A stretch of DNA of 64,000 nucleotides from Stegostoma tigrinum (lineage: Eukaryota), in NCBI RefSeq assembly GCF_030684315.1, contig NC_081396.1, positions 1,798,001 to 1,862,000 of the forward strand. The letters are read 5' to 3'. Positions 1 through 12,186 of this stretch are shown here, piece after piece (position 1 is the stretch's first letter; each line of letters begins with the position of its first letter). Under the pieces are notes generated by a model. The model was not told where the DNA came from and made no database searches. It saw only the letters and a program-made list of their open reading frames with translations. Both the position numbers and the translations under genes were made by a program.

Positions 1-1
1 A

Positions 2-643
2 TACACCCTCTTGGCACACCAGAGAATTCAGATGGGATAGAGACCATTCACCTGCCCTGAGTGTGGGAAGGGATTTGCTCAGCTGTGCAACCTGCTGACA
101 CACCAGAGAGTACACACTGGGGAGAGACCTTTCAGTTGCTCGCAGTGTGAGAAGGCATTCATGAATGTGACCAATCTGCTGCGACACCAGAGAGTTCACA
201 TGGGAGAGAGGCTGTTCATCTGTTCTGACTGTGGGAAGATGTTCACGCGGTTATCCCACCTCCTGAGACACCAGCAGCTTCACACTGGGGCGAACCTCTT
301 CACCTGCCTGGAGTGTGGGAAGGTATTCACGCAGTCATCACACCTCGAGGGACACCAGCGAATTCACCTTGGTGAGAGGCCATTTACCTGCTCCCAGTGC
401 AGTAAAGGATTCACTCAGATGAATGAACTTCTGAGGCACCAACAACTTCACAGTGGGGAGAGACCAGTCACCCGCTCAGAATGTGGGAAAGGATTTGTTC
501 GTTTATTCAGATTACGGAAACACCAGCAAGTTCGCACTGGCAAGACTCCCCACACGAGCACTGACTCCATGGAAGGAGGTGTTCCAATATCTAAGCTGCC
601 AAGAGGTCACATTCATACTGGAGAGAATGCCCTCACTGTGTGA
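2..643 (+). pseudogene. C2H2 zinc-finger array, 3' part, disrupted (runs off window start)
   Basis: Frame 2 reads YTLLAHQRIQMG*RPFTCPECGKGF..., with in-frame TAG at 38-40 where the linker Glu is expected. Five intact fingers follow, then fingers that have lost Cys/His ligands (VTRSECGK..., HTSTDS). Confidence 0.8.
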
Positions 644-769
644 AGGAAAGGATACCCTTGGTCGTCTAACCCATTGACAGACCAGTGTGTCAACACCAAT
701 TAGACACTCTAGTAATGTCCAGCTGTACAAAAGTATTAATATTCCTCGGAATTGATGAAGGAACATGCT

Positions 770-962
770 GATATAGAGTCGTACAGCAGGGAAGAAGATC
801 CTTCAATCCCATAAGTCCAAGACTACTTCGTTTCCCATTTGCCTGTGTTTGACCCATATTAATCTCAAACTCTCCGATTCAAGTACCTCTCGAAATGTCT
901 CTTAAATGTTGTAACTATACCTACATCTGCGACATGTTCTGGAAGCTTGTTCCATACACACA
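770..962 (-). mobile_element. CR1 LINE 3' end fragment
   Basis: 'atagagtcgtacagcagggaagaagatccttc...cttaaatgttgtaact' resembles the reverse-complement CR1 3' ends at 10940 and 17040. Confidence 0.65.
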
Positions 963-1469
963 CCTGACATGAGATTATATTGTTGTTTACATTATTACTA
1001 CATGCAAGATGCCATCTCATTTTACACCAGCAAATTCACAGCGTTTGCCGATTCTGAATGCAAGAGCGAATTTTCCAGTTTCACCCACATGCTGAGACAA
1101 TAATATGCTGAAATGTAACTATGGTGATTGGATTTCGATTTAATCACATCAAACACAATGCAGTTATTGGGAGCAATATTCTGGCCAGAAATCAAGTAAA
1201 GCAACTTTGTGTGAAGTCGTGTGTCAGGTCTTTTCAATATTTCTGAAACAGGTTAGTTGCTGGTGAAGGGCTCTCTGTCTCTTCCCTGTATCCTCCATCC
1301 TCACCTCCAACAACAAGAGCTCCTGAGCTTATTTGACACTTATTTTGTGAGAATCTGATCAGCTGCCTTGGCTGCTTTCCTGCCTTTCTAAGCCACCAAG
1401 CCAAGCAGCACACTGTGTGGCCTAGTCATAATGTCTTGGGCCTCATAGTAAACCCAGGTTAAGGTCCTT

Positions 1470-1670
1470 GGCACTGGGTGGTTCGAATTCCATCACAGCA
1501 GCTGGTATAATTTGAATTAAAGACGAGTCTAATGGCATAACTGTGTAGCTTTTTTTAAAAATTGGACTCATTAATGCCCTTTAGAGAAAATGTTCTGCTG
1601 TCCTGACTTGGTGTTGCCTATATATAACTCCAGATCCATAGTAATTTGGTTGACTCTTAACTACCTTCTC
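1470..1670 (+). mobile_element. Short interspersed repeat fragment (same family as 17395-17660)
   Basis: Shares 'catcacagcagctggt..aatttgaatt', 'taatgccctttag' and 'actccagatcc...tggttgactcttaac' with 17395-17660. Confidence 0.55.
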
Positions 1671-2339
1671 TGAGGACTTCATAACACCCCTCATATGTGC
1701 AGCCAATGTTCCATCTACAGAGATAGAACAGATAAACATGGAGCTTCTGGTCAATTAGCGCAGAACCATGGTTATAACTCCACTGGGATACGGTCAACAT
1801 TTCTCATCTCCAGTCAGAGAAAGGAAATACAGGAACTGGAGAAGATGTTGCACAGATTAACAATGGTAAAACGAGAACTGACCACATTTCACTATTAGAA
1901 ACATCAGGGGTTTTGGGGTAGTGGGCTCGTGTGGTAGTTCTGGAAAAGAGCAGACTGAAGAGTGACCTAATGGAAGTCTTCAGGGTCATGTTGTGTTGGA
2001 CCAAAGGGTCTGTTTCAGTGCTGTATGACTCTACAATTCTAGTTGCTCTGGGATAACTTTCTCCTTTCCCTTCCCCCCAAAGCTGTAAACCTCCATCCTA
2101 CACTCTCTCCAACCATTCTCACTCTGCTGTCCCTCAAGAACCCCTTCCCCATTCTCCTGAAAGTACTGATAAACAGATCCATACTCACTACTATAGACAA
2201 ATATGAGATTGGAAGAACATAGTAAGCTAAGCAGCATCTGGAGGAAGGGAACAGTCAACATTTTGGGTATTATCCTACTACTCTGCCTGGATTCACTTCC
2301 TTTCCCTTCAGTTCCTACAAGTCAAACATTTAAGAGCAC

Positions 2340-3675
2340 AGAATATAGAGAATAGAACAGTACAGCACAATACAGACCCTTCATCCCACGATGTTGTGCC
2401 GACCTATTATCCTACTCAGGTCAATCTATCCTGTTTACCCTACATTTTACTGTCCTCCATCTGCCTGTCCAAGAGTCGTTTAAAACTCTAAGTATCTGAC
2501 TCCACCTCCACTGCTGGCAGCGCATCCCACACGCTCAGCACTCTCTCTGTAAAGAAACTACCTCTGATATCTCCTAATACCTTCTTCCAATCACCTTAAA
2601 ATTATGTCCCCACATAACAGTCATTTCTGCGTTGGGAAAAAGTCTCTATCCACTCTATCTATGCCTCATCATCTTGTACACCTCTATCATGTCACCTTTC
2701 ATCCCTCTTCACTCCAATGAAAAAAGCCCTAGTTCCCTCAACATTTCCTCAAATGACCGGCCCTCCAGACCAGGCAGCATCCTGGTAATCTGCACCCTCT
2801 CTAAAGCATCCACATCTTTCCTGTAATGAAGCAACCAGAACTGAGCACAACATTCTAAGAGTGGTCTAACCAGAGTTTTATAGGGCTGCAGCATAACCTC
2901 CCGGCTTTTTAACTCAATTCCCCTGCCAACACACCATACGCCTTCTTTACAACTTTATCAACTTGGGTGGCAATTTTGAGGGACCTACAGACGTGGATCC
3001 CAAGATCCCTCTGTTCCTCCACACTGCCGAGATTCCTGCCATTAACCCTGTATTCTGCATTCAAGTTTGACCTTCCAAAATGAATCACCTCACACTTTTC
3101 TGGGTTGAATTCCATCTGTCATTTCTTCGTCCAGCTCTGCACCCTGTCAATGTCCTGTTGCAACCTACAACAGCCCTCCATGCTGTCCAGAACTCCACCA
3201 ATTTTCATGTCATTTGGCAAAATTACTTACCCACCTCTCCACTTCCTAATCCAAGTCATTTATAAAGGTCACAAAGAGCAGAGGTCCCAGAACAGATCCC
3301 TGTGGAACACCGAGCTCCAGGCTGAGTACTTTCCAACTACGACCACCTTGTGTCTTCTATTGGACAGCCAGTTTTGATTCCAGACAGCCAAATTTCCCTG
3401 AATCCCATGCCTCCTTATTTTCTGAATGAGCCTACCATGTGGAACCTTACTGAATGCCTTGCTAAAATCCATACACACCACATTCACTCTTCTGCCTTTA
3501 TCAATGTGTTTTGTCACATCCTCAAATAATTCAACAGGGCTGGAGAGACATGACCTGCCCCTCATAAAGCCATGCTGACTATTTCTAATCAAACTGTGCT
3601 TTTCCAAATAATCATAAATTCTATTTTTCAGAATCCTCTCCAATAATTTGCCCACTACAGACGTAAGACTGACAT
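2340..3675 (-). mobile_element. CR1 LINE, 5'-truncated, RT C-terminal half with frameshifts
   Basis: Minus ORFs 3269-3655 (SQHGFMRGRSCL...DFSKAF..VPH), 2909-3115 (MEFNPEKCEVIHFG) and 2709-2894 (YKTLVRPLLE) are typical CR1 ORF2; 3' tail near 2340. Confidence 0.93.
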
Positions 3676-3739
3676 TTTAACAGCAATACGGTTAAAAAAA
3701 AAGGAAACAGGAAGTTAAAAGAAAGGATTTTTTGCCGTC

Positions 3740-3930
3740 AAATTCTGGACAGAAGAGTCTTGGGAAATGTTTTTGGTCGTCCATTGTTTCCCATTCATCT
3801 CTGCCCAGCATTATGCCAATTGGGGGAATCCAAATTCACTGGACATGGTGACACAATGACCCCTCGGACCGACCAATAGAAAAAGAGTATACCTTTGATC
3901 TTCAGCCAATCGAATGCATTCTGACGCAGC
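3740..3930. promoter_or_regulatory. Possible decayed promoter (three CCAAT boxes, ZNF143-like motif)
   Basis: CCAAT at ~3816, ~3873 and ~3906; 'tcttgggaaatgt' resembles the reverse of the ZNF143/STAF site; locally CpG-containing. No gene assigned. Confidence 0.3.
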
Positions 3931-4129
3931 ATGTTCCCTGGTTCTCGCCCAACAGTGCAAATGCAATTCTCAGGCAGGGTGGAACCAGCATCAGAGATTG
4001 TGGGGGTTGTAATCCCCCACGAAGCCGCTGTAACCATGTCTTCGAGAACTCAATGAAAAATGCAGGTTGGAGGGCTGTGAGAATAAGATGCCCATTCAGA
4101 CACGCTGTGTGTGTGTGTGGGCCGTCATT

Positions 4130-5100
4130 GGATTTTGCTGAGACAACCCTTCACACAAAAAGAATTCTGACATAAGAAATACAGATACAACCATTTGTGA
4201 AGGAGTAGAGGAATGAGGGGTGTCAGATTTAAAGTGGAGATAAGGAAAATTGTACTTACCTCAAATGTTTGTGAATCTGTGTAATTCACAACCCAAGATG
4301 TGGTGGATGCCAGTACATTGAGTTCTGGTGGTGTAGGTCTTCTTGTCCGCTCTATTGGCATTTCTTTTCATTTCCTTTTCTCTCTCTTTTCTCTAACTTT
4401 ACTTACCTCTTATTGAAAATATGGATCATGGATCGGTTGCAAAAAGTGAACCCAGCTCAAACTCAAGCGGACTCAGCACGGACTTGCGGTGGTGGCAGTT
4501 GACTTCAGATTTTGATCCTTGTGGTTTCTGCATCAATGAGACCGAACCCAGTGCTGTACTGTAGCTGTTGCAGTGGAGGCAAGTTTGGGTTCCCTGCGGT
4601 ATTTGTGTTCAGCACAGGATCATGGAGGAGGTGGCCGAGGTGAGTTGGGCCTAGTATGAGACCAAGCAACATTGGTTGTGCGTGCATTGGCAAGGTTAAG
4701 CAAGGACAAATAGTGGTGATGGGTCAATGAAAGAAAGACAACTTTTGGTCCTGCGGTGGCGATGCATTGAAGGGGTTGGCAGAGCACTTAACAAGAAAGA
4801 CTGTGAAGTTGAACACGTTTTCTTTGTTTCTTTATTTTTCTGCATTTATATTCTGTTTTAGAACAGCACTGGAGAGTAGTGACGCTATACAATACTTGCT
4901 TGCCGTATTTTATACAAAAATACACTTAAAAATAAATATATCAAGTTATCTTTAATGAAGAGATACGGATTTTTAATTAGTAATGGATTGAAGGGTTATA
5001 GAGAAAGTTCAGTTGAGGATAAGTTGAAATTGGACATCATTTTATTAAATGGTGGAGTTGGTTTGAGGGGCTGCATTGCCTTCTCCTGCTCCCAGTTCTT
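4130..5100 (+). mobile_element. CR1 3' fragment split by a ~620-bp unidentified insertion (~4325-4950)
   Basis: CR1 3'-end sequence ('gtgaatctgtgtaattcaca...gtggtggatgccagtacattg') stops near 4325 and resumes near 4955 ('gatttttaattagtaatggattgaagggttat'). Confidence 0.5.
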
Positions 5101-5754
5101 AGAGGAAATGACTGTGAAGTTGAACCCAAAAATCTGCATCTGCACTGACGGAGATCTTGGGCAAAATCGGGAGGATAGTCAGAGGAACTGACAGTCCAAA
5201 TTTTGATAAGGATGGAGTTTGTGGGCCGTAGTGATATATACTTCTTGGCTGAAAAGTATATTCACAGCTTCGAGAACAATTTGTTCTGAATGTCTATCCT
5301 GTACTTAACAATGGTGCATTTTGTAAAACCCTATCTTTCTCTTGAACAGTCACTGGGTATCAAGGAAGACTTTCTTCCATTCCAGTGTTGTGGGCCCTGA
5401 AGTGATTCAACAGTTCAGCAGGTGGATCCACAATCCTGACATTGCTGGGGCAAGTAGTACTGTCCAGCTCATCCCCGTTTCCTTAACCAGTCCTTCCTCC
5501 AACCTATCCCCTCGTCCCATCTCAAGCCCCACCCCACCATCTCCTACGTACCAACCTCAGCCCACCCCCATGACCTGTCCGTCCTCCCTGGACTGACCTA
5601 TCTCTCCCTACCTTCCCACCTACACTCACCTCTACTGGCTCCATTCCTGCCTCTTTGACCTGTCTGTCTCCTCTCCACCTATCTTCTCCTTTATCCACCT
5701 TCTTTCCGCCTCCCCCTCTCTCAGATTTCAGAACGCCCTTCCCCTTTGCCATTC

Positions 5755-5782
5755 CTGAAGATGGGTCTAGGCCCGAAACATC
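5755..5782 (+). ncRNA. Minimal hammerhead ribozyme motif (family 1) in Penelope tail
   Basis: CTGAAGA-T-GGGTC-TAG-GCCC-GAAA-CA-TC; the CGTC to CATC change is consistent with CpG decay. Confidence 0.65.
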
Positions 5783-7588
5783 AGCTTTCCTGCTCCTCTG
5801 ATGCCGCTTGGCCTGCTGTTCATCCAGCTGTACAGCTTGTTATCTAAGCAGGAACAGGGGGCAGTCCCTATACACCTGCATTCCCCATGCAGATGGCCTA
5901 AAGGCACTCTACTTCTTCCTGTCCCGCAAGCCCGACCAGTCCCCCTCTGCTGACACCCTCATCCGCTTAGCCAAACTCGTTCTCACCCACAACTTCTCTT
6001 TCAATTCCTCCCACTTCCTACAGTCAAAGGGGACGGCCATGGGTACCCACATGGGCCCAAGCTATGCCTGCCTCTTTGTAGGTTATGTGGAACAACACCT
6101 CTTCCGTACCTACACTGGCCTAAAACCACACCTCCTCCTCTCACCTCTTAAATTGATGACTGTATCCGCACTGCTTTGTCCTCCCATGAGGAGCTCGAAC
6201 AGTTCATCCACTTCACCAACACCTTCCACCCCAACCTTAAGTTCACCTAGACTATCTCGTTCACCTTCCTGGACCTCACTGTCTTAATCTTAGGCAATCA
6301 CCTAGAAACCAATATCCATTTCAAGCCCAATGACTCCCACAGCCACCCAGAATACACTTCCTCCCACCCACCTTCCTGCAAAAATGCCATCCCCTATTCA
6401 CAATTCCATCGCCTCTGCCGCATCTGCTCCCAGAATGAGGCATTGCACTCCCATACATGTCATATGTCCTTGCTGTTCAAGGACTGCAACGTCCCCCCCG
6501 CAATGGTCAAGAACACCCTCGACCGTGTCTTCAGCATTTGCCGCAACTCATCCCTCACACCACCTCCCCACCATAACAACCAAAAAAGAATCACGCTCGT
6601 CCTCACGTACCACCCCACCAACCTCCGGATCCAATGCATCATCCGATGACACTTCCGCCATCTGCAATCCGACCCCACCACTCAAGACATTTTTCCATCC
6701 CCATCCTTGTCTGCTTTCCGGAGGGACCACTCTCTCCACCACTCCCTTGTTCGCTCCACACTCCCCTCCAGCCTCACGACACCTGGCACTTTTCCCTGCA
6801 ACCGCAAGAAGTGCTACACTTGCCCCCACACCTCCTCCCTCACCCCCATCCCAGGTCCCAAGAAGACTTTCCACATCAAGCAGATGTTCACCTGCACACA
6901 CTGCATCCGCTGTACTCGCTGTGGCCTCCTCTACATCGGGGAAACCAAGCGGAGGCTTGGGGACTGCTTTGCAGAACACCTATGCTCGGTTCGCAATAAA
7001 CAACTGCACCTCCCAGTCACAAAGCATTTCAACTCCTCCCTCCCATTCCTTAGACGACATGTCAATCCTGGGGAGCCTGCGGTGCCACAATGGTGCCACC
7101 CAAAGGTTGCAGGAACAGGAACTCATATTCCGCTTGGGAACCCTGCAGCCCAATGGTATCAATGTGGATTTCACAAGCTTTAATATCTCCCCTTCCCCTA
7201 CTGCATCCCACAACCAGCCCAGCTCCCAGACCTGCAAAGGACCTCTCCTGTTTTTAATCCTCCGCAGGATCCACAGCCTGAACACCCAGTTCTACTCAGC
7301 TTTACTGGATACCAAAAATCGTAAGTACAACAAACTCACTGGCTCCTGCCACCTCAAAAAAGGATTACTGCGCTTCCTAAATCCTGAGCCTGTCCCTGCA
7401 CCTCCCCGACCATGCACCCGCCGCCATTGGACATGGCCAGTGAACCAACCGACGACATCACATCCGCCACCGCCGAGCACACCACTTCCGGGACCGCGAA
7501 CACGACTGCGGCTGCAGTCACCGCCTCCACTCCCAAAACCAACACCACACACATCTCCCTCACTGCTGCTGCCGCCACCCACCCCACT

Positions 7589-7660
7589 CCTCCCACCGCC
7601 GATGGGACTCCACCCACTGCTGACAGAACTCCGCCCACTGCTGACAGAACCCCGCCCACA
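7589..7660 (+). repeat. 21-bp coding minisatellite (x3, PPTADRT) in Penelope N-terminal low-complexity region
   Basis: cctcccaccgccgatgggact / ccacccactgctgacagaact / ccgcccactgctgacagaacc. Confidence 0.8.
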
Positions 7661-10319
7661 ACCTCGAAAGCCAGCAACCTCAGAGAAGACAGCCACACTG
7701 AGCCCTGCCAAATTTTCACCATCCCCCCGACCTCCCACTGACTGAGGATGAACAGTCAGTCCTAAGCAAGGGGCTCACGTTTGTCCCCCTCCACCCACAC
7801 ATCAATGAATACCAGTCATGTTTGGACATCAAGCAGTTTTTCTGCCACCTTTGCCTCCATGCTTACTTCTTTAACCGGGAGCCTAACCCTCCCTCCACTG
7901 ACCCCTTCACCTGCCTCCAACACAAGTCCTCTTCCTGGACACCAACCCCAGGCCTCCTACGCACCCTCATCCTCTAAATCTCCAAATGCCGTCAAGACAT
8001 TAACTGCCTCAACCTCTCCCCTGCAGAACAGGCAGCCCTCTGCTCCAACCCCAACCTCGCCGTCAAACCCGCAGCCAAGGGAGGCGCAGTGAGTATGGCG
8101 CACTGACGTCTACATCGCCGAGGCCAAACGCCAACTCTCCTCCTACCGTCCCCTTGATCATGACCCTACCCCCGACCACCAAACCATCATCTCCACTACC
8201 ATCCATGACCTCATCACCTCAGGGGACGTCCCACCCACAGCCTCCAACCTCACTGTTCCCCAATCCCACTCAGCCCGTTTCTATCTCCTTCCCAAAATCC
8301 ACAAACCTGCCTGCCCTGGTCAACGCATTGTCTCAGCCTGTTCCTGCCCACCAAACTCATCTCCACCTATCTGGACTCCATTTTCTCCCCTTTGGTCCAG
8401 GAACTCCCTACCTACCTCCGTGACCCCACCCACACCCTCCAGCACCCCCAGAACTTTCAACTCCCTGGCCCCCTACACCTCATTTTCACCACTGACATCT
8501 AGTCCCTATACACCTGTATTCCTCATGCAGATGGCCTCAGAGCCCTCTGCTTCTTCCTGTCCCGCAGGCCCGACCAGTACCCCTCTGCTGACACCCTCAT
8601 CCGCTTAGAAAAACTCATCCTCACCCACTTCTCTTTCAATTCCTCCCACTACCTACAGTCAAAGGGGACGGCCATAGGTATCCACATGGGCCCAAGCTAT
8701 GACTGCCTCTTTGTAGGTTACGTTCAGACCACTCTCTCCGTGACTCCCTTGTCCGCTCCACACTCTCCTCCAACCCCACCACACCCGGCACCTTCACCTG
8801 CACCTACACAGGCCCCAACCCCACCTCATCCTCTCACCTCTTAAATTGATGACTGTATCTGCACCGCCTGTTGCTCCCTAGAGGAGCTTGAACAGTTCAT
8901 CCACTTCACCAACACCTTCCACCCCAACCTCAAGTTCACCTGGGCCATCTCCAACACATCCCTCACCTTCCTGGACCTCTCAGTCTCTATCTCAGGTAAC
9001 CAGCTAGAAACTGATGTCCATTTCAAGCCCACTGACTCCCACAGCTACCTAAAATACACCTCCTCCCAGCCACCCTCCTGCAGAATTTCCATCCCCCATT
9101 CCTAATTCCTCCGCCTCCGCCACATCTGCTCGCAGGATGAGGCATTCCACTCCCGCACATCCCAGATGTCCACGTTCTTCAAGGACCACAACTTTCCCCC
9201 CGCAGTGGTCGAGAACGCCCTTGGCCGCGTCTCCCACATTTTCCGCAACACATCCCTCACACCCTGCCCCCGCCACAACTGCCGCAAGAGGATCCCCCTC
9301 ATTCTCACGTACCACCCCACCAACCTCTGGATACAACACATCATCCTCCGACACTTCCACCATCTACAATCTGACCCCACCACCCAAGACATTTTTCCAT
9401 CCCCACCCTTGTCTGGCTTCTGGAGAGACCACTCTCTCCGTGACTCCCTTGTCCGCTCCACACTCTCCTCCAACCCCACCACACCCGGCACCTTCCCCTG
9501 CAACCACAGGAAGTGCTACACTTGCCCCCTCACCTCCTCCCTCCGCCCCATCCCAGGCCCCAAGATGACTTTCCATATTAAGCAGATGTTCACCTGCACA
9601 TCTGCCAATGTGGTATACTGCATCCATTGTACCCCGTGTGGCTTCCTCTCTATTGGGGTAAACAAGCGGAGGCTTGGGGACCACTTTGCAGAACACCTCC
9701 GCTCTGTTCGCAATAAACAACTGCACCTCCCAGTCGCGAACCATTTTAACTACCCCTCCCATTCCTCAGACGACATGTCCATCCTGGGCCTCCTGCAGTG
9801 CCACAATGATGCCACCCTAAGATTGCAGGAACAGGAACTCATATTCCGCTTGGGAACCCTGCAGCCCAAAGGTATCAATGTGGACTTCACAAGCTTCACA
9901 ATCTCCCCTTCCCCCACCGCATCACAAAACCAGCCCAGCCTGTCTCTGCTTCCCTAACCTGTTCTTCCTCTCACCTATCCCCTCCTCCCACCTCAAGCCG
10001 CACCTCCATCTCCTACCTACTAACCTCTTCCCGCCCCCCTGATCTGTCCATCCTCCTGGACTGACCTAGCCCCTCTCCACCTCCCCACCTATACTCTCCT
10101 CTACTGGCTTCATCCCCGAGTCTTTGACCTGTCTCTCTCCTCTCCACCTATCTTCTTCTCTACCTATCTTCTATCCGCCTCTCCCTAATTATTTCAGAAC
10201 CCCCTTTCCCTCGCCCATTTCAGAAGAAGGGTCTGGGCCCAAAATGTCAGTTTTCGTGCTCTTCTGATGCTGCTTCGCCTGCCGCGTTCATCCAGCTCCA
10301 CACCTCGTTCTCCAGGAAA

Positions 10320-10670
10320 GGGGGCGGGTCTGGAGGACCGAGAGAATGCAGCTGGTCCTCCAACGAATCAACGTGAAGGACCGCCGGCCACGTGACAACC
10401 GGCCACGTCCGTCTCTCCGTGCGGAGGGCAGTGTCGTTTTCGCTGAGGTCTCGGGCTGAGCCGGTAAAAGGTGAGAATAAGCCGAGTGTGTCAGACCGCG
10501 AGTGGATTGAAAAGTTTGATAAACTGTGGGAAATTCTTCTGATCGGAATGGGAGACTCGAAGCCTTGGTTTGAAGCAGACCAGCAAAAGGCCTAAAGCGG
10601 GGCAGTGCCCGGATTGAGGGCTGCCATCTTTACTGGGGCGTGCAATCTACGGCAGGGCGCATGCGTAACT
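10320..10670 (+). promoter_or_regulatory. CpG-rich promoter and non-coding first exon of ZNF gene at 12187
   Basis: GC box at 10321; dyad TGGAGGACC(10331-10339)-N14-GGTCCTCCA(10354-10362); E-box CACGTGAC 10389-10396; donor AAG|GTGAGA at 10471; YY1-like GCCATCTT 10623-10630; NRF1-like GCGCATGCG ~10657. Confidence 0.72.
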
Positions 10671-10939
10671 TTACTTTCACGTGGGGCTGGCAAAGGGGAA
10701 TATGTAAACAATTCATTCAAACCTGTTTTCTCACTTTTTCTTTCTTCCTAATTTATGTGCTGAATTTACAGTTTCTTTTTATTAAATTTCTTTTTGCAGA
10801 ATATTTATTGGACATGACGTGTAGGTGGTAAACGCAATGGGTCAGATCCTAGGACAGCATGTGAAGGATGGCTGACAACTGGGGATATGAGAGGAGGAAG
10901 AAAATAATAATAATTCCACTATGGGGAGAATCTTGTGTT

Positions 10940-11690
10940 ATAGAGTCATGCAGCTGAGAAATAGACCAGATACCTAAATTAATGTGTCAGCATTTGGCCG
11001 CCAACCAAGTTCCCAAATTAAATTAGTCCCACTTGTCTGCGTGTGGGCCACAGCCCTCCAAACTCGTCCTATTCATGAAGTAATCCAGATGTCTTTTAAA
11101 TGTTGTAACTGTACCTGCATCCATCACTTCCTCTGGCAGTTCATTCCACACAGGAACCATCCTCTGGGGGGGGAGAAAAGTTTCCACTCATGTCCAATTT
11201 AAAACTTTCTCTCCTCACCTTAAAATATGCCCTCTACTTCTGGCTTTCTCCATCCAAGGCAAAAGACCCTTGCTATTCACCTTATCTGTTCGCCTTATGA
11301 TTTTATAAACCTCAATAAAGTCAATCCTTCAACCTCTCCGCTTCAGTGAAAAAAGTCTCAGCCTATTTTTGTAACTCAAACTCTACATTCTCAACATCCT
11401 AGTAAATCTTTTCTGAAGCCCATACAAATTAATAATGTCCTTTGTATATTAGAGCAGCCAGAACTCCAGAAGATGACTCAGAAACATTCTGTATAACGTA
11501 AACATGATGTCCGAAAGTCCTAAACTCAAAGGCCTAAGCAATGAAGGCAAGCATGCTTAATGCCTTGTTAACCACCCTGTGTACATATGATACATTTCAA
11601 AGAATTATGCACCTGAACCCCTGGGTCTCTCTGTGCTACAGCATTAGCCACTTCCCTACCTTTAGTTGCATAAATCCTGTCCTTGTTTCG
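10940..11690 (-). mobile_element. CR1 LINE 3' fragment (in putative ZNF intron)
   Basis: Reverse-complement CR1 3' end ('atagagtcatgcagc...cttttaaatgttgtaactgtacctgcatcc...ttcagtgaaaaaagtctcagcc'). Confidence 0.85.
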
Positions 11691-12186
11691 ATGAGGAGCT
11701 GATCTCTGTTAAGGGAGAAAACTCTGGAAACTGGGTGGAGTGGTTTCACCAACAGTCTCGGAGAAACAAGAGAGGAAAATGTGCTCCACAGAAAGAGGAA
11801 TTGTCTGTTTTCAGCTTCTGTCGTTTGACTGACCTTGTCATTTGTTTTCCCAGGGGAAGAAACTGCAGAGATATGCAAACTTACCAGAACGTCCTGTCAA
11901 GGTTCGACAGAATCACTCAATTCATCATGATCTGAATGTGGCCAGCCATTGACTATTGAAGGAGAAACATTTGTTTTGTCTCTTGGGGGAAAGAATACAA
12001 ATATCAGCACCGAGACAAACACATCAGAAGTGAGTGTTCCAATGCACAGACTGTGAAAGGAACTTCAACCATTCACACAGTTCAAAAACAAAATCACCGT
12101 TTGAGCAGGGAGAGACTGTAGGTGCAGTCTATGCATGGGCAAGTTTCAACTGATCATTCACCCAGAGATATAAATCTGCCTACACC

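Larger units (their letters stand above)
5462..10312 (+). mobile_element. Penelope-like element, partial-tandem structure (3' tail; RT-C + GIY-YIG; N-term + RT; RT-C + GIY-YIG + 3' tail), frameshifted
   Basis: RT motif 'NFSFNSSHFLQSKGTAMGTHMGPSYACLFVGYVE' occurs twice (5990-6090, ~8625-8720). GIY-YIG 'CIRCTRCGLLYIGETKRRLGDCFAEHL' (6900-6980) and 'NVVYCIHCTPCG..IG..KRRLGDHFAEHLR' (9607-9700). Pyrimidine-rich tails end in a hammerhead-like motif at 5755-5782 and ~10221-10248. Confidence 0.93.

Noticed and set aside
6330-7745. 471-aa Pro/Ser/Thr-rich ORF as a novel gene
   Set aside because: It is an alternative-frame read-through of C-rich Penelope sequence; it only picks up true Penelope residues after frameshifts.
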